From a virus, in the IMG/VR virus record IMGVR_UViG_3300039106_000244, positions 1 through 64,000 of that record: DNA of 64,000 nucleotides; one strand, given 5' to 3'. The notes under the pieces were generated by a model. That model had not been told where the DNA came from and did not search any database. It saw nothing but the letters and a program-made list of their open reading frames with translations. This document shows positions 28,023 through 38,250 of this stretch, one piece after another. The position numbers and the translations under genes are program-made. Each line of letters starts with the position of its first letter. The stretch's first letter is position 1.

Positions 28023-28892
28023 TATACTGTTAACTAATTGTGTTGCTGTTAATTTATCATAATGAAACCCATCTCTTGCAAAATCAAGTTGGCGTGGCAT
28101 TGGGATAGCTAAATTATTTGTTAATAATGTAGATACCTTATCTCTATGATATAGATAATTATAATAATGGTCATATAGATTATCGTTTTGTAGTTCTTGT
28201 TTTATTTGCTTATCTAACTGTTCTAATTCTACAGTAGAATTAGGAAATAAGTTAGGCCAATCTGCGCCTTTAAAGAAATTCCATTTTTCCTGTAATATTA
28301 TAAGTGGACAAAAAATAGAATAGTCATCTGGAATAAATGAATGTATTACATTGTGATTATTAACTAATGATACATTCTTATTAAAATTTGTAAAATCTGC
28401 ATCTATATCAAATAATGCATTAATAGATTCCGAATTTGATAACACTCTACTTTCATCAGTTTGATAGGTAGCCGAAAGCGCACGTTCGCGGCGATGTAGG
28501 AAACTCCAGTGTATTATTAGTTGTTTAGGATTTATTATTTCTAATACGCGAGCAGCTTTTCTCGCTATCCAATCATTACTTGCACCATCCATACTAATAT
28601 TAATACATCTAGAATTGATATTAGTTTGAAGTATATTTGCCCAAGTATGATTCAACGGACTACCGATACCAACAGTAAAACTATCACCAAAACACCAGAC
28701 ACATTCTTTAAGTTCCTCTATAGTGGTTGGCCATTCATCGTCACGAAAGCCGCGAGAATTATAACTGTATTCAACTGTATAAGGATATTGCTTATAATGA
28801 TTTCTATCCCTACAAAGTTTATAGGAATCCATGCCAGAATTATTCCATATTTTATTTTGCCGTGTTGGTAATATAAAATCAGGTAGTATCAA
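27999..28892 (-). CDS. SGNH-fold hydrolase/acyltransferase-like protein
   Basis: NSRGFRD, FGDSFTVG, NISMDGASND and C-terminal RDGFH (DxxH). Confidence 0.75.
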   Translation of the reverse strand: MILPDFILPTRQNKIWNNSGMDSYKLCRDRNHYKQYPYTVEYSYNSRGFRDDEWPTTIEELKECVWCFGDSFTVGIGSPLNHTWANILQTNINSRCINISMDGASNDWIARKAARVLEIINPKQLIIHWSFLHRRERALSATYQTDESRVLSNSESINALFDIDADFTNFNKNVSLVNNHNVIHSFIPDDYSIFCPLIILQEKWNFFKGADWPNLFPNSTVELEQLDKQIKQELQNDNLYDHYYNYLYHRDKVSTLLTNNLAIPMPRQLDFARDGFHYDKLTATQLVNSILQLNRFS

Positions 28893-30391
28893 CTTAGGAC
28901 CTTGACTCCATATAAATTTTGAAAACGATCTGCATCATTACGATCGTTAACCATTGGCTCGCCACGTATATTTAAACTTGTGTTAAGTAACATCGGACAC
29001 CCGGTCCATGTATACCATAAGCACAATAGTTCACGTATGCCACTTCCATCACGTGGAACAGTTTGCACACGACTTGTACCATCTACATGTATTATAGCAG
29101 GAAATTCGTTGGGGCGTAAGCACTTTGCAGTCGTTTGCATATATCTACTTGATTCAAATCCTTTGGGCATTTCGAAATATTCATTTGCAAACTCTTCTAG
29201 TATTACAGGAGCAAACGGTCTAAACTTTTGTCTACGTTTAATTAAGTTTACAGCATCTTTAATGTCTGCGCCACGTGGATCAGCAAGTAAACTTCTATTA
29301 CCTAATGCTCTCGGACCAAACTCTGCACGACCATTGGCAACACCAACAATCTTATTTGTCATTAGCTCGGAGACAATATCCGCCACAGGATATATCCCAG
29401 GAATATTATGGCCAAGAAAAGCATCCACCCAATTAAGTTTGCCCCCGTGCGCAAGCGCCGCTGCTCCAAGGCTGCTACCAGCATCGCCAGGGTTAGGCAT
29501 AATCCAAATATTATCAAAGTCAAAAAACTCTCCTAAATGTCTATTTGCACTGCAATTAAGCGCAACACCGCCAGCATATACTAAATTACTACTTGGTGCT
29601 AACTTCTTTGCTTTGTACATTATATTGTATATTAATTGTTCTGTCAATGATTGAGCTGCATTAGCAATTTCAAAGTCATTCCAGCGAGCACGTATATCAC
29701 TCTCTGGCAGACCAATATGTAAGTTGTGCTTTAATGTTAAATCAAACTCATGCTCTATTAGCCAAGACGACAACTCATTGTATAGATGTCGTGTATTTTT
29801 TTGAGCCCACCCTGCCATGCCCATTAAAATGTATTCTTCGTCTAATGGTTTAAGTCCGACTTCTTTTGTAAATGCACTGTACATTAAGCCGATACTGTGT
29901 GGATATAGTTGACGCCATACTCTTGTGTATTGTGCTTTGCCATTTACATATTTTGCAGACCATATGCTTATAGTATCCCACTCGCCGATTGCATCAATTA
30001 CAACAACCGTCGCATCATCAAACGGACTTGTTTGAAAACCTGCAGCCGCATGTGATAGATGATGATTATATGTTTTGACTGGGAGATGATGTATCGGAGA
30101 TTCTAGCACCATCTGTTTAAGCATGCCACGCACTGTCCATGGAGTTTTTAGTTCGCTATACTGACCAGAGTAAAGTTGACGGGTCTTTTTAACTAATGGT
30201 CTTTCATAATATGCAATTTGATTAGGTGCACCGTAGGTTAATGCATCTGCTATCAACGCATTGTTTAAGTTTGAATCGTGTTTAATTTTGCTATAACGCT
30301 CAGCATGACCTGCAAAGACAATATCATCGCCTTTGATTAATGTAATTGCTGCGTCATGAAACCCAGCACTAATTCCGAGAATATTTTTCAT
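28889..30391 (-). CDS. Carbamoyltransferase (NodU/CmcH/TobZ family)
   Basis: HDAA, ERYSKIKHD, HHLSHAA, DAIGE, AGGVALNC, GDAG, EFGPRALGNRS, FRPFAP, HVDGTSRVQTV and LNTSLN. Confidence 0.96.
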   Translation of the reverse strand: MKNILGISAGFHDAAITLIKGDDIVFAGHAERYSKIKHDSNLNNALIADALTYGAPNQIAYYERPLVKKTRQLYSGQYSELKTPWTVRGMLKQMVLESPIHHLPVKTYNHHLSHAAAGFQTSPFDDATVVVIDAIGEWDTISIWSAKYVNGKAQYTRVWRQLYPHSIGLMYSAFTKEVGLKPLDEEYILMGMAGWAQKNTRHLYNELSSWLIEHEFDLTLKHNLHIGLPESDIRARWNDFEIANAAQSLTEQLIYNIMYKAKKLAPSSNLVYAGGVALNCSANRHLGEFFDFDNIWIMPNPGDAGSSLGAAALAHGGKLNWVDAFLGHNIPGIYPVADIVSELMTNKIVGVANGRAEFGPRALGNRSLLADPRGADIKDAVNLIKRRQKFRPFAPVILEEFANEYFEMPKGFESSRYMQTTAKCLRPNEFPAIIHVDGTSRVQTVPRDGSGIRELLCLWYTWTGCPMLLNTSLNIRGEPMVNDRNDADRFQNLYGVKVLS

Positions 30392-31033
30392 TTAAATCCA
30401 TCCCAGAGACCTAATATGTTCATAAATTTTATCCGCTACTACTTGATGTCCTGCTTCTAAGAAATGTCCGCCTGGACCACGCGGTGTAGCATAAGTCCAA
30501 TCTGTCATATTATCTTTTAACCAACCAATATAATATCTATGGTCAACTTGGTTTAGTAATTGCATAATTTGCGCATCAGTTTTAAAATCACCGAAATTAT
30601 TACCAAACGAATCGAGCATTAGATATTGTTTATTTTGTTGTTGAATAAAATGCTGTATTAATAATATGTTAATTAAATATTGTCTATACAAATAATTATC
30701 ATCGTGATATCGGTTGATATAGTTTAATAGGTCTGCTCTATATGATATTGGACCATTAAACATAACTCCACTGTGTCCGGGCCACGTATCATAAACGCCA
30801 TAGTTGTCAGCAAATTCAATTCTAGCATAATGGCTCCACGCAATGATAATCAAATCATAATCTGCAGCATGTTCTACTACGTTCCTAATCATACTAGTAT
30901 TACCAGTCGATGATTTGCCAAGATTTGTTAATTCGCATGATAATTTATTTTGTAAAACATATGGCCATGCCTGTTTAATATCTGTTAACTCATCGCCATA
31001 TGTAAAACTGTCACCAACCGTTAATATTTTCAT
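30392..31033 (-). CDS. SGNH-fold protein
   Basis: VGDSFTYG, NLG...GN, IIAWS..R and GGHF...H. Confidence 0.75.
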   Translation of the reverse strand: MKILTVGDSFTYGDELTDIKQAWPYVLQNKLSCELTNLGKSSTGNTSMIRNVVEHAADYDLIIIAWSHYARIEFADNYGVYDTWPGHSGVMFNGPISYRADLLNYINRYHDDNYLYRQYLINILLIQHFIQQQNKQYLMLDSFGNNFGDFKTDAQIMQLLNQVDHRYYIGWLKDNMTDWTYATPRGPGGHFLEAGHQVVADKIYEHIRSLGWI

Positions 31034-31131
31034 TTGTAAATAAATGGATCACGTTTGCGTAATTCTTTTAATTTCTTACGGTATCGTATTTCTAATGTAA
31101 TTCTATTGTATAAATTCGTTAACCAATTCAT
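31030..31131 (-). CDS. 33-aa basic peptide ending PFIYK (SxtK/DUF5989-like; not in ORF track)
   Basis: MNWLTNLYNRITLEIRYRKKLKELRKRDPFIYK; AAGGAG RBS and ATGA overlap with the downstream gene. Confidence 0.75.
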   Translation of the reverse strand: MNWLTNLYNRITLEIRYRKKLKELRKRDPFIYK

Positions 31132-31924
31132 TGTAGTTCTCCTTAATGTAGTTCATGGCATCAATGTGTGCTGGCTCCAATGGGTGTGTAGTAGCAAACG
31201 GGTATTTAAAATCTCTAGCCCATGTATAAAATCCCTGATTGTTTGGAAAAGTAACCCACCGATTAAAATCAAGTTGATTGTATAATGTTATTATATTTTC
31301 GTCATTCATTAAATGGGTACAATTATTCAACAATGCTTCATCAACCATCGAAAATATATATGGTATTTTCTTTAATTGTAGATATTGTTGCAACATGGTT
31401 ATTTCTGTTAGCGAATTATATGTTTCCCAATATGCAGTTGACCCAATATGTTTATAAAAGGTTTTAGCAAAATCTGCTGTGCCAGTTTGTTTAGCTCGTA
31501 ATAAATGATTAGTATGATGCTGTAATATTGCTGTATTATTAGTTTTAAATTCTTTTTTTATTTGTTCTACATCATCAATGATGGACCATGGATTTAAATT
31601 ATACCAATTTCCCCAACGCTCACCTGTATCATAATCAAATCTAAATTCGTATCGGCCCGGAAATGTCCATGTTACAAAAACTAATCCTACATCTTGTAAT
31701 TTTTCACATGCATTCATAACAGTGCGGCGAATTGCACTATTACTAAATCCCGGATAGGCTACGCATTCGTACTGCATATTAAAATCTTTAGCCAAAAGCG
31801 CAGTAAAGGTTGATTGGCTAACAATTGGGCGGGCTGGTTCGGTCCCATTGGGATCAAATGGTGTAACTCCATCAGCAAGTTCACTACCGTATGTAAAACT
31901 ATCGCCCCCGGCTACTAAAATCAT
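31103..31924 (-). CDS. SGNH-fold protein
   Basis: GGDSFTYG, PGFSN..I.R, VTWTF..R and THPLEPAH. Confidence 0.75.
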   Translation of the reverse strand: MILVAGGDSFTYGSELADGVTPFDPNGTEPARPIVSQSTFTALLAKDFNMQYECVAYPGFSNSAIRRTVMNACEKLQDVGLVFVTWTFPGRYEFRFDYDTGERWGNWYNLNPWSIIDDVEQIKKEFKTNNTAILQHHTNHLLRAKQTGTADFAKTFYKHIGSTAYWETYNSLTEITMLQQYLQLKKIPYIFSMVDEALLNNCTHLMNDENIITLYNQLDFNRWVTFPNNQGFYTWARDFKYPFATTHPLEPAHIDAMNYIKENYNELVNEFIQ

Positions 31925-33018
31925 ACATATCCTCGTTTGATATGTTGTACTTGTAAGTCTATATAATTTGCATCAGACCAATTATACCGATAAGTTGCAG
32001 ATGCATGACTAGTTCTTATATTATACACATCTAAATGTAATCCGAGTCGGTTCCATATAATATTATAATCATCCGACCCAAATGTTCTATGTAAGTCGAC
32101 TTGTCCTACTTGCGGATGGCCGATTGTCAATGATTTATCATTTGGATCAAATCCATTATCTATTAGCCATTGAGTGAAATCTGTGAGCTCTTTTTTCATC
32201 CAAGAAAAATTACCAGGACTAAGTGCCCACTCAATATCAAAATCTCCGGCGGCTTCGGTTTGTGATCGCATCGCCGATGTCGTTAAATCATCAATGGTAT
32301 GCCCTCCTTTACCTTCATCACGAAAGACTTCGTAATGATGCTTGCCAATGGCTTTATTGACTCCAACAAATACGCCACCTGCTGGTCTATTTAAACTTTC
32401 AATTCCAAATAATTCAAAGTCATTAGCATCCAATGTAAATCGTGGTGCATTCAACCAACACATTAATTGACTAGGTCGACGCCATTCCGGCGCATGAATT
32501 GCTTTACGCATACTTAATACAAGCGACTCATACTCGTGACATAATAAATTTAGCTGGCGGATGTGCCATTTAATAGTATCAGTGGCCTGATTATAATATT
32601 TAGACATGTGTCCACTTACACCTTGTAAATCTTCAAAGTATCTATGTAAATGATTTAATTTGTCGTGTACTAATTTGCCACCTTCGAGAAATTCGCCAAC
32701 CGGACCGGGCACTATAGTATTTTCTACAGTAAAATGATCAGTAATTTGGTATCCAAGGTCTGCTTGATTTATTGCAGCTATTGATAAATTGATTTGATTA
32801 GTAATATATTCTGCATTACGTTCCGATTCGATAAATCCGTGAAAGCAGTAATTTTTCTCAAGGTGATAGTTATTTTCTATTAGATTGTTTAGGGCCGATA
32901 GCCATTTACGACTAAGCGAGCTATCAAATATATCAATATATACTGTTAAGAGTTTATTAGTTTTATTATTTTTTAAATCAATTTCAATTTGATCAAGCAA
33001 TGTTGTTGTACCACTCAT
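31921..33018 (-). CDS. Hypothetical protein in the radical SAM cluster
   Basis: 365-aa ORF with LNHLHRYFEDL, LNLLCHEYES and GKHH motifs. Confidence 0.75.
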   Translation of the reverse strand: MSGTTTLLDQIEIDLKNNKTNKLLTVYIDIFDSSLSRKWLSALNNLIENNYHLEKNYCFHGFIESERNAEYITNQINLSIAAINQADLGYQITDHFTVENTIVPGPVGEFLEGGKLVHDKLNHLHRYFEDLQGVSGHMSKYYNQATDTIKWHIRQLNLLCHEYESLVLSMRKAIHAPEWRRPSQLMCWLNAPRFTLDANDFELFGIESLNRPAGGVFVGVNKAIGKHHYEVFRDEGKGGHTIDDLTTSAMRSQTEAAGDFDIEWALSPGNFSWMKKELTDFTQWLIDNGFDPNDKSLTIGHPQVGQVDLHRTFGSDDYNIIWNRLGLHLDVYNIRTSHASATYRYNWSDANYIDLQVQHIKRGYV

Positions 33019-34294
33019 ATACTTCCGGTCTCTCTTTTAAGATGTCTGCTAATGTATACGTATCACCACGAATACTTTCTAATTGTAGCACACGAGCCTT
33101 ACCTTTTGCAAGACTTACTTTATATGTATCTGGCCATTGCTCATCAAATGTCGGTCGTGATTTTAACTGTACAAGTATATCTTGCATAGCACCAGAAGTT
33201 TGTGGTATTAGTTCATCTAACCATGGATGTAATAACTTGCGCGGCAGTGCCAAGGGACTAAGAATAATATCAGGGCTAAAGCTAAAAACAACTTTAGCCA
33301 ATATATCTACTTTTTCTTCGTTAGCAAGCTGGGTAATGTTAATAACTTCAAACATTCCCGGCATTGTGAGTGTGAAGTCGATTCGCATTTGTCTGCGGTT
33401 AGTTGCAATTTTAACTCCTTCACGGAAGTTTTCAAGCCATTGACTATAATTAAGTCCTGTTCTAATATATTCGCCAATGCGACCAGTTCCGTCGAGACTG
33501 GCACAGATTTGCCAGTCACGTAACCTAGATAAAATATCGCTGAAGAGATTGATGCCACGATAGTCGATGCGGCTAAGATTAGTATTGTACCTTGCATAAG
33601 CATTCTTTCCATCTCCCAAATCAATTATGCGTTTCATATAACGCCAATGCTGTTCGTACATTAAGGGCTCACCGCCAACCCAATATACTTCCTCAACTTG
33701 ATGATTCTCGACTGCTTGAGCAAACTCCTGTTCAATTTGACTATCTTGAAATTTTGATATTTCGCTTCTCACTTCGGGCTTCATCCAATTATTCTTTGGA
33801 TTGTGCCAATTGATCATATTATGTTGTTTTTGTTCAGTTTCCCAAGCACTTGACAACATATCGCCACACATGCGACATTTAAAGTTACATAAGTTACTAA
33901 ATCTATAATCCCAACTTATAGGACGCATAGTTGTATAACCTGTTTCGTCTGTTGTTTCTATTACTTGCAAATATTTATTTTCGAACATTTGATCAAAATA
34001 ACTACGGTAAACTGATGTATTCAACAGCTTATCATTACATACTTCGCACTCTGGGAGGGTTTCCCCAGCAATCATGCGACGACGGACCGACCGCATGTGC
34101 TCGCTATTCCAGTGTTCATCCAGAGTTATTGGAATGTATTTGCCCGTTCCGGCTTTTGTATCAATATACTGCTGAAAGTTTTGCGCAGGTTCGCGACTAG
34201 CACAGCACATACGTCTTTCTGTGACAGGGCTTAAATAGGTATGGAGAAATGGCGCAAAACAGAAATTCTCTGGCGGCTTTTTAGGAATTGACAT
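32993..34294 (-). CDS. Radical SAM enzyme with N-terminal twitch-like Cys cluster
   Basis: CFAPF..MCC..CEVC followed by CNFKCRMC, VGGEP, YNTN, SLDG and YIRTG. Confidence 0.92.
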   Translation of the reverse strand: MSIPKKPPENFCFAPFLHTYLSPVTERRMCCASREPAQNFQQYIDTKAGTGKYIPITLDEHWNSEHMRSVRRRMIAGETLPECEVCNDKLLNTSVYRSYFDQMFENKYLQVIETTDETGYTTMRPISWDYRFSNLCNFKCRMCGDMLSSAWETEQKQHNMINWHNPKNNWMKPEVRSEISKFQDSQIEQEFAQAVENHQVEEVYWVGGEPLMYEQHWRYMKRIIDLGDGKNAYARYNTNLSRIDYRGINLFSDILSRLRDWQICASLDGTGRIGEYIRTGLNYSQWLENFREGVKIATNRRQMRIDFTLTMPGMFEVINITQLANEEKVDILAKVVFSFSPDIILSPLALPRKLLHPWLDELIPQTSGAMQDILVQLKSRPTFDEQWPDTYKVSLAKGKARVLQLESIRGDTYTLADILKERPEVYEWYNNIA

Positions 34295-36836
34295 AACCCA
34301 TTGCTAGTGCAATTTCCTTATGTGTTGTTAGCATACTTTGTTCGCGATATGCATCTGTCTGTTGCATTTTTTGTAAGAATTCTGTACCATCACTTCCTGC
34401 GCCGTTTTCAATGAACTGAATTATTTTATCAATTTCAACACGATGCTTAACATTAAATGGGTAATCATTCAATCTATCTATAACTAATTTTTGTGCGGCT
34501 GGTGTCATACGATTAATACACATAACATTTGGGTCATGCAACATATTAAAATGCACCATGTCAAATTGTTGAGTATTAACCCAGTCACATAGCTCAGGTA
34601 GATAGTAAACATTTTGTATGTTTATAGTCATGCATACCTGTGTTTGAATTAGATTAGTTTTCATTGCATTAAATTTTATAACATTGGTTTTTACTTCGTC
34701 CCACACAGCACCATAACGTTCATATTCAAATCGTGCTTCGATATTATCTATGCTAACTGCAATTTCAATGTTTCTAAATTTACCCCATAAACTTACTTCT
34801 TCGTCTGAGGGATATACAGTACCATTAGTATTATAATGTATATCTATACGTTTACTATATCCATGTTCTACTGCATAACGTAATAGTTTAAAGTGTTCTT
34901 CAATTAAGAATGGTTCGCCACCTGTAAATTCAAAGTACTTGATGTTTGGTAATAGTTCTTTTAAATTTTCCCAGAACACTTCACTTTCTCTTGGCCAAGT
35001 TCCTTCTTGTAAGAACATGTATGCACTATGTTGTTTGCGGTCATATCCTTGTACGTCTTTGTATTTTCTAGCTTCGTAATCAATTTCTTCTTTGGCCCAT
35101 TTACTGCTAGACCACGAGCCACATATACGACATTTAAGATTACAGATGTTGCCTAGCTTAAGATCAATAAACCAAAGTTGGTCAGGTTTATCATTCTTCC
35201 AATCAACAATAGGATAAAACTCTTTAAGTCTAATTCTGCTATTAATACGCTTACTAACTATACCGGCATCTTCTTCCTTCCAGCAACGATTACATGTAGA
35301 TGGCTTTTCACCCCGACGGAATTGTTGTCGTAAGTCTTGCATATATTCACTGTTGTAAATTTCTGCCAATGAACTTTCTTTTAGCTTATACGGTGTACCA
35401 TCACTTTTAGTAATCTCATCTGTTGCTAAACAACATGGGCGAGCTGTGCCAACCGGACTTGCTTCAATACTAACCCACGGTAACATACAAATATTATCGT
35501 GTGTCTTGTTAATACCTAAATGATCACGTAACTCTTTATATTCCGGAAACACTTCTTCAAATGTTTCTTTTCTCATTGAATCAGTTTGATCATTTATCTT
35601 AAAGAATTCTTTTAATAAGTGACTTTTGTCGTCTTGATACATAAATGTAATAATAGCTTTATAACCCGAGATAGCTCGTTGCAATTGATCTTGTGGTGCA
35701 AGCCATGCGATATGTTCTTCGACACGTTGTTTAATTCTATCTTTAAATTGAATTGGTAATACATCAATACGATCGCGTTCCGGACTCTGTAGAATGTTTA
35801 CGTTCCAATCCATTGCTTTAATTAAGCCAAGTTCGACCCATTCTTTATGGAATTCTGTTAAATGCCATGCATTAAGTATACTAACTGTACTGCTAACATA
35901 AAAGTCAACATTAGGACAAATTTCAATCATTTTGCGGCGATTTTCTACTGTTTCTGCCCAGTCTTGACCCTTGCGGATATATTCTCCACGAAGATAAGAA
36001 TCATCTAAACTTGCGCCTACACTTACTACATCAAATAGTTTCCAGTATTCAAACACCATCTTATCTTTAAGACGAATGTGACTAAAGTTTGTATTATATA
36101 CTAATCTAACATGGAACATTTTACGTTTAACTAATTCTTCTAGTATACGATAATGTTCTTCCATGATAAGTGGCTCACCACCAGCAAAGTAAATTTGTTC
36201 TAAGTAAGGGATATGTTCTTGCATCTGCTCCCACATATCATCTTTCTCTTTACCAGCAAACATAATTTGTGGGTGATTTAACTTACCAAATAGTTTTGTT
36301 TCTTCGGCAAACCAACTACTACTAAACAAACTACCACATGTTCTGCAGCTGAAGTTACATAGATTACTAAAGCGTATGTCATAGTAGCGTAATTTAAAAT
36401 CATCTAAACTACCATCTGGATTAGTTTTGTCTGTTAGTGCAATATGATGTCCGAAGTTTTTATTTTGGCTATTGCGCATTGAAAAGAAGCCGTTGTCTTC
36501 TTGTTCATAACAACGTGTACATTCTTTAGAAGGCTTATCTTCTAACATATTGATACGCATTTGTTTGTACGGAGTACCATTCCATACTTCTGCCATTGTA
36601 TTTTCTTTAAGATTACCTATAGGCAAATGCATCTCACCTAAACAACAAGGATATGCTCTGCCATCTGGGATACCATGCATGTGTGTCCACGGTATCATAC
36701 AGAAATATTTACTTTCTATTAATTTATATGTATGGTCTTCTGTTAAATCATCTTCATGTATGTACACTGGCTTACGTGTATTGTAATTGTGATTTTTATG
36801 ATGTACTGTTAATTTCTTGCTTGGCTCATCGCTCAT
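34281..36836 (-). CDS. Tandem double radical SAM enzyme
   Basis: Two full units: CMIPW..PCC..CTRC..CNFSCRTC..GGEP and CMLPW..PCC..CNRC..CNLKCRIC..GGEP. Confidence 0.93.
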   Translation of the reverse strand: MSDEPSKKLTVHHKNHNYNTRKPVYIHEDDLTEDHTYKLIESKYFCMIPWTHMHGIPDGRAYPCCLGEMHLPIGNLKENTMAEVWNGTPYKQMRINMLEDKPSKECTRCYEQEDNGFFSMRNSQNKNFGHHIALTDKTNPDGSLDDFKLRYYDIRFSNLCNFSCRTCGSLFSSSWFAEETKLFGKLNHPQIMFAGKEKDDMWEQMQEHIPYLEQIYFAGGEPLIMEEHYRILEELVKRKMFHVRLVYNTNFSHIRLKDKMVFEYWKLFDVVSVGASLDDSYLRGEYIRKGQDWAETVENRRKMIEICPNVDFYVSSTVSILNAWHLTEFHKEWVELGLIKAMDWNVNILQSPERDRIDVLPIQFKDRIKQRVEEHIAWLAPQDQLQRAISGYKAIITFMYQDDKSHLLKEFFKINDQTDSMRKETFEEVFPEYKELRDHLGINKTHDNICMLPWVSIEASPVGTARPCCLATDEITKSDGTPYKLKESSLAEIYNSEYMQDLRQQFRRGEKPSTCNRCWKEEDAGIVSKRINSRIRLKEFYPIVDWKNDKPDQLWFIDLKLGNICNLKCRICGSWSSSKWAKEEIDYEARKYKDVQGYDRKQHSAYMFLQEGTWPRESEVFWENLKELLPNIKYFEFTGGEPFLIEEHFKLLRYAVEHGYSKRIDIHYNTNGTVYPSDEEVSLWGKFRNIEIAVSIDNIEARFEYERYGAVWDEVKTNVIKFNAMKTNLIQTQVCMTINIQNVYYLPELCDWVNTQQFDMVHFNMLHDPNVMCINRMTPAAQKLVIDRLNDYPFNVKHRVEIDKIIQFIENGAGSDGTEFLQKMQQTDAYREQSMLTTHKEIALAMGYVNS

Positions 36837-38209
36837 AGTGTGTCGTACCAGTCTGCTAATTGTGTAAATGTATATTTAAAGTCTTTGCCACGACGTTGGT
36901 CGTATTGTTGATAAAAGTTCTTAAAGTCACGCTGTAGTACCTCGCGTGCCAATGCTTCGCTATGCGGAGTATCCACTGTTTCTAAGTATGTAATTAATCG
37001 TCGTAGTTGATTATATTCATATTCATGCATAAAATCTACAGCAACATCGCCGAAGATACGCAATTCATCTGCGTATTGTTTACGCATTTCTAACGGTAAT
37101 ATCAATGGGCTTTGGAAACTAGGAAAACGTAAGATGTTAAGGCTAAAGTTAATTGCATCCTCGCCGTACTTCTTTTTAAGATTAACAATCATCCATAAGA
37201 ATTCTGTTAAGCTCGATAAGCACAATGCATTAATGGTACACATAACATGAAGCCCACGTAATCGTTTACTATCTAATAACCACATAACATTTTGACACCA
37301 CTGATCCCAATCTAGTCCATCACGAATATATATTGCATGTCTACCGATGCTTTCGTTGCTAGTGTATAAATCTAATTCAGTACCTTCTGTGCTATCTAAT
37401 AATCGTTCTAATACTTCGCGGTCAACTCCTAGATTACTATTAATAGCTAAACGTGTTTTACTAGTGCCTTTGTTTTCTTTAAACCAATCAAACAGGCGCC
37501 ATGTGTAACCCGACATCAATGGCTCGCCGCCGGTAATGCGTAATTCTTTTAATGTTTTGTGTAAGTCTGTTTCCCACCATTTGAAGAACGCTTCCACATA
37601 TGGATTAACTTCATTGAGTTTGAACAGTTGACTACTATCATGAACGTGAGTAAAATGATTCCTACCGTCTGATACCAAACCTGTGTATGCACCGCTTGTT
37701 TTAATGTCTCTGACCCAGGCGCTACTAAAAGCAGGGTTGCAGTAACTACAAGCAAATTGGCAAGTGCGGTCAAAAGAAATTTCCAATGTTTGCAAATTAA
37801 CGTCTTCGTTTGCAGGTAAATTGTATGCATAATCTAAATCCTCATCATTATAAATTACTGTTTTGTATACACGGTCACTAATCGGTACAGGAACATCTAC
37901 ACCATTGTACTTAGAACCCTTGTACATGTCTTCTATCTTCCAGCAGTAATCACACCCTGCAGGTCGTTCACCCTCTTGCATTTGCTTACGTTCTAATTTC
38001 TTTTGTGGCGTGTTATGTAATGCACTTGGGTTTGTTTTAATTGCTTCTAAGTCAATTGCATGAGGTAATGGATGATGACAACTTGTAGTCTGACCTGAGC
38101 CCAACCATATAGTTGCATTGTACCATTTAGCCGCACAGAAACTAGCTGACTTAATGTCAATTACTCTACGCTTATATTGTATATCTGATTCGTTATTAAT
38201 TCTCGGCAT
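36833..38209 (-). CDS. Radical SAM enzyme (CxAKW subtype)
   Basis: CAAKW..SCHHP..CDYCW, CQFACSYC, TGGEP and YIRDG. Confidence 0.92.
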   Translation of the reverse strand: MPRINNESDIQYKRRVIDIKSASFCAAKWYNATIWLGSGQTTSCHHPLPHAIDLEAIKTNPSALHNTPQKKLERKQMQEGERPAGCDYCWKIEDMYKGSKYNGVDVPVPISDRVYKTVIYNDEDLDYAYNLPANEDVNLQTLEISFDRTCQFACSYCNPAFSSAWVRDIKTSGAYTGLVSDGRNHFTHVHDSSQLFKLNEVNPYVEAFFKWWETDLHKTLKELRITGGEPLMSGYTWRLFDWFKENKGTSKTRLAINSNLGVDREVLERLLDSTEGTELDLYTSNESIGRHAIYIRDGLDWDQWCQNVMWLLDSKRLRGLHVMCTINALCLSSLTEFLWMIVNLKKKYGEDAINFSLNILRFPSFQSPLILPLEMRKQYADELRIFGDVAVDFMHEYEYNQLRRLITYLETVDTPHSEALAREVLQRDFKNFYQQYDQRRGKDFKYTFTQLADWYDTL

Positions 38210-38215
38210 TTAGTA

Positions 38216-38244
38216 ATTATAGCAGGAACAATGAAGATTGTATA
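38216..38244 (-). promoter_or_regulatory. sigma70-type extended -10 promoter, leaderless geometry
   Basis: Minus strand TATACA-N17-TATAAT with TG, 6 nt before ATG 38209. Confidence 0.7.
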
Positions 38245-38250
38245 TCTTTT

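Noticed and set aside
28980-29654. Long antisense ORFs (also 3770-4246, 11779-12168, 33000-33443, 58905-59507)
   Set aside because: They are shadows of well-supported genes on the other strand, with no RBS or recognisable motifs.
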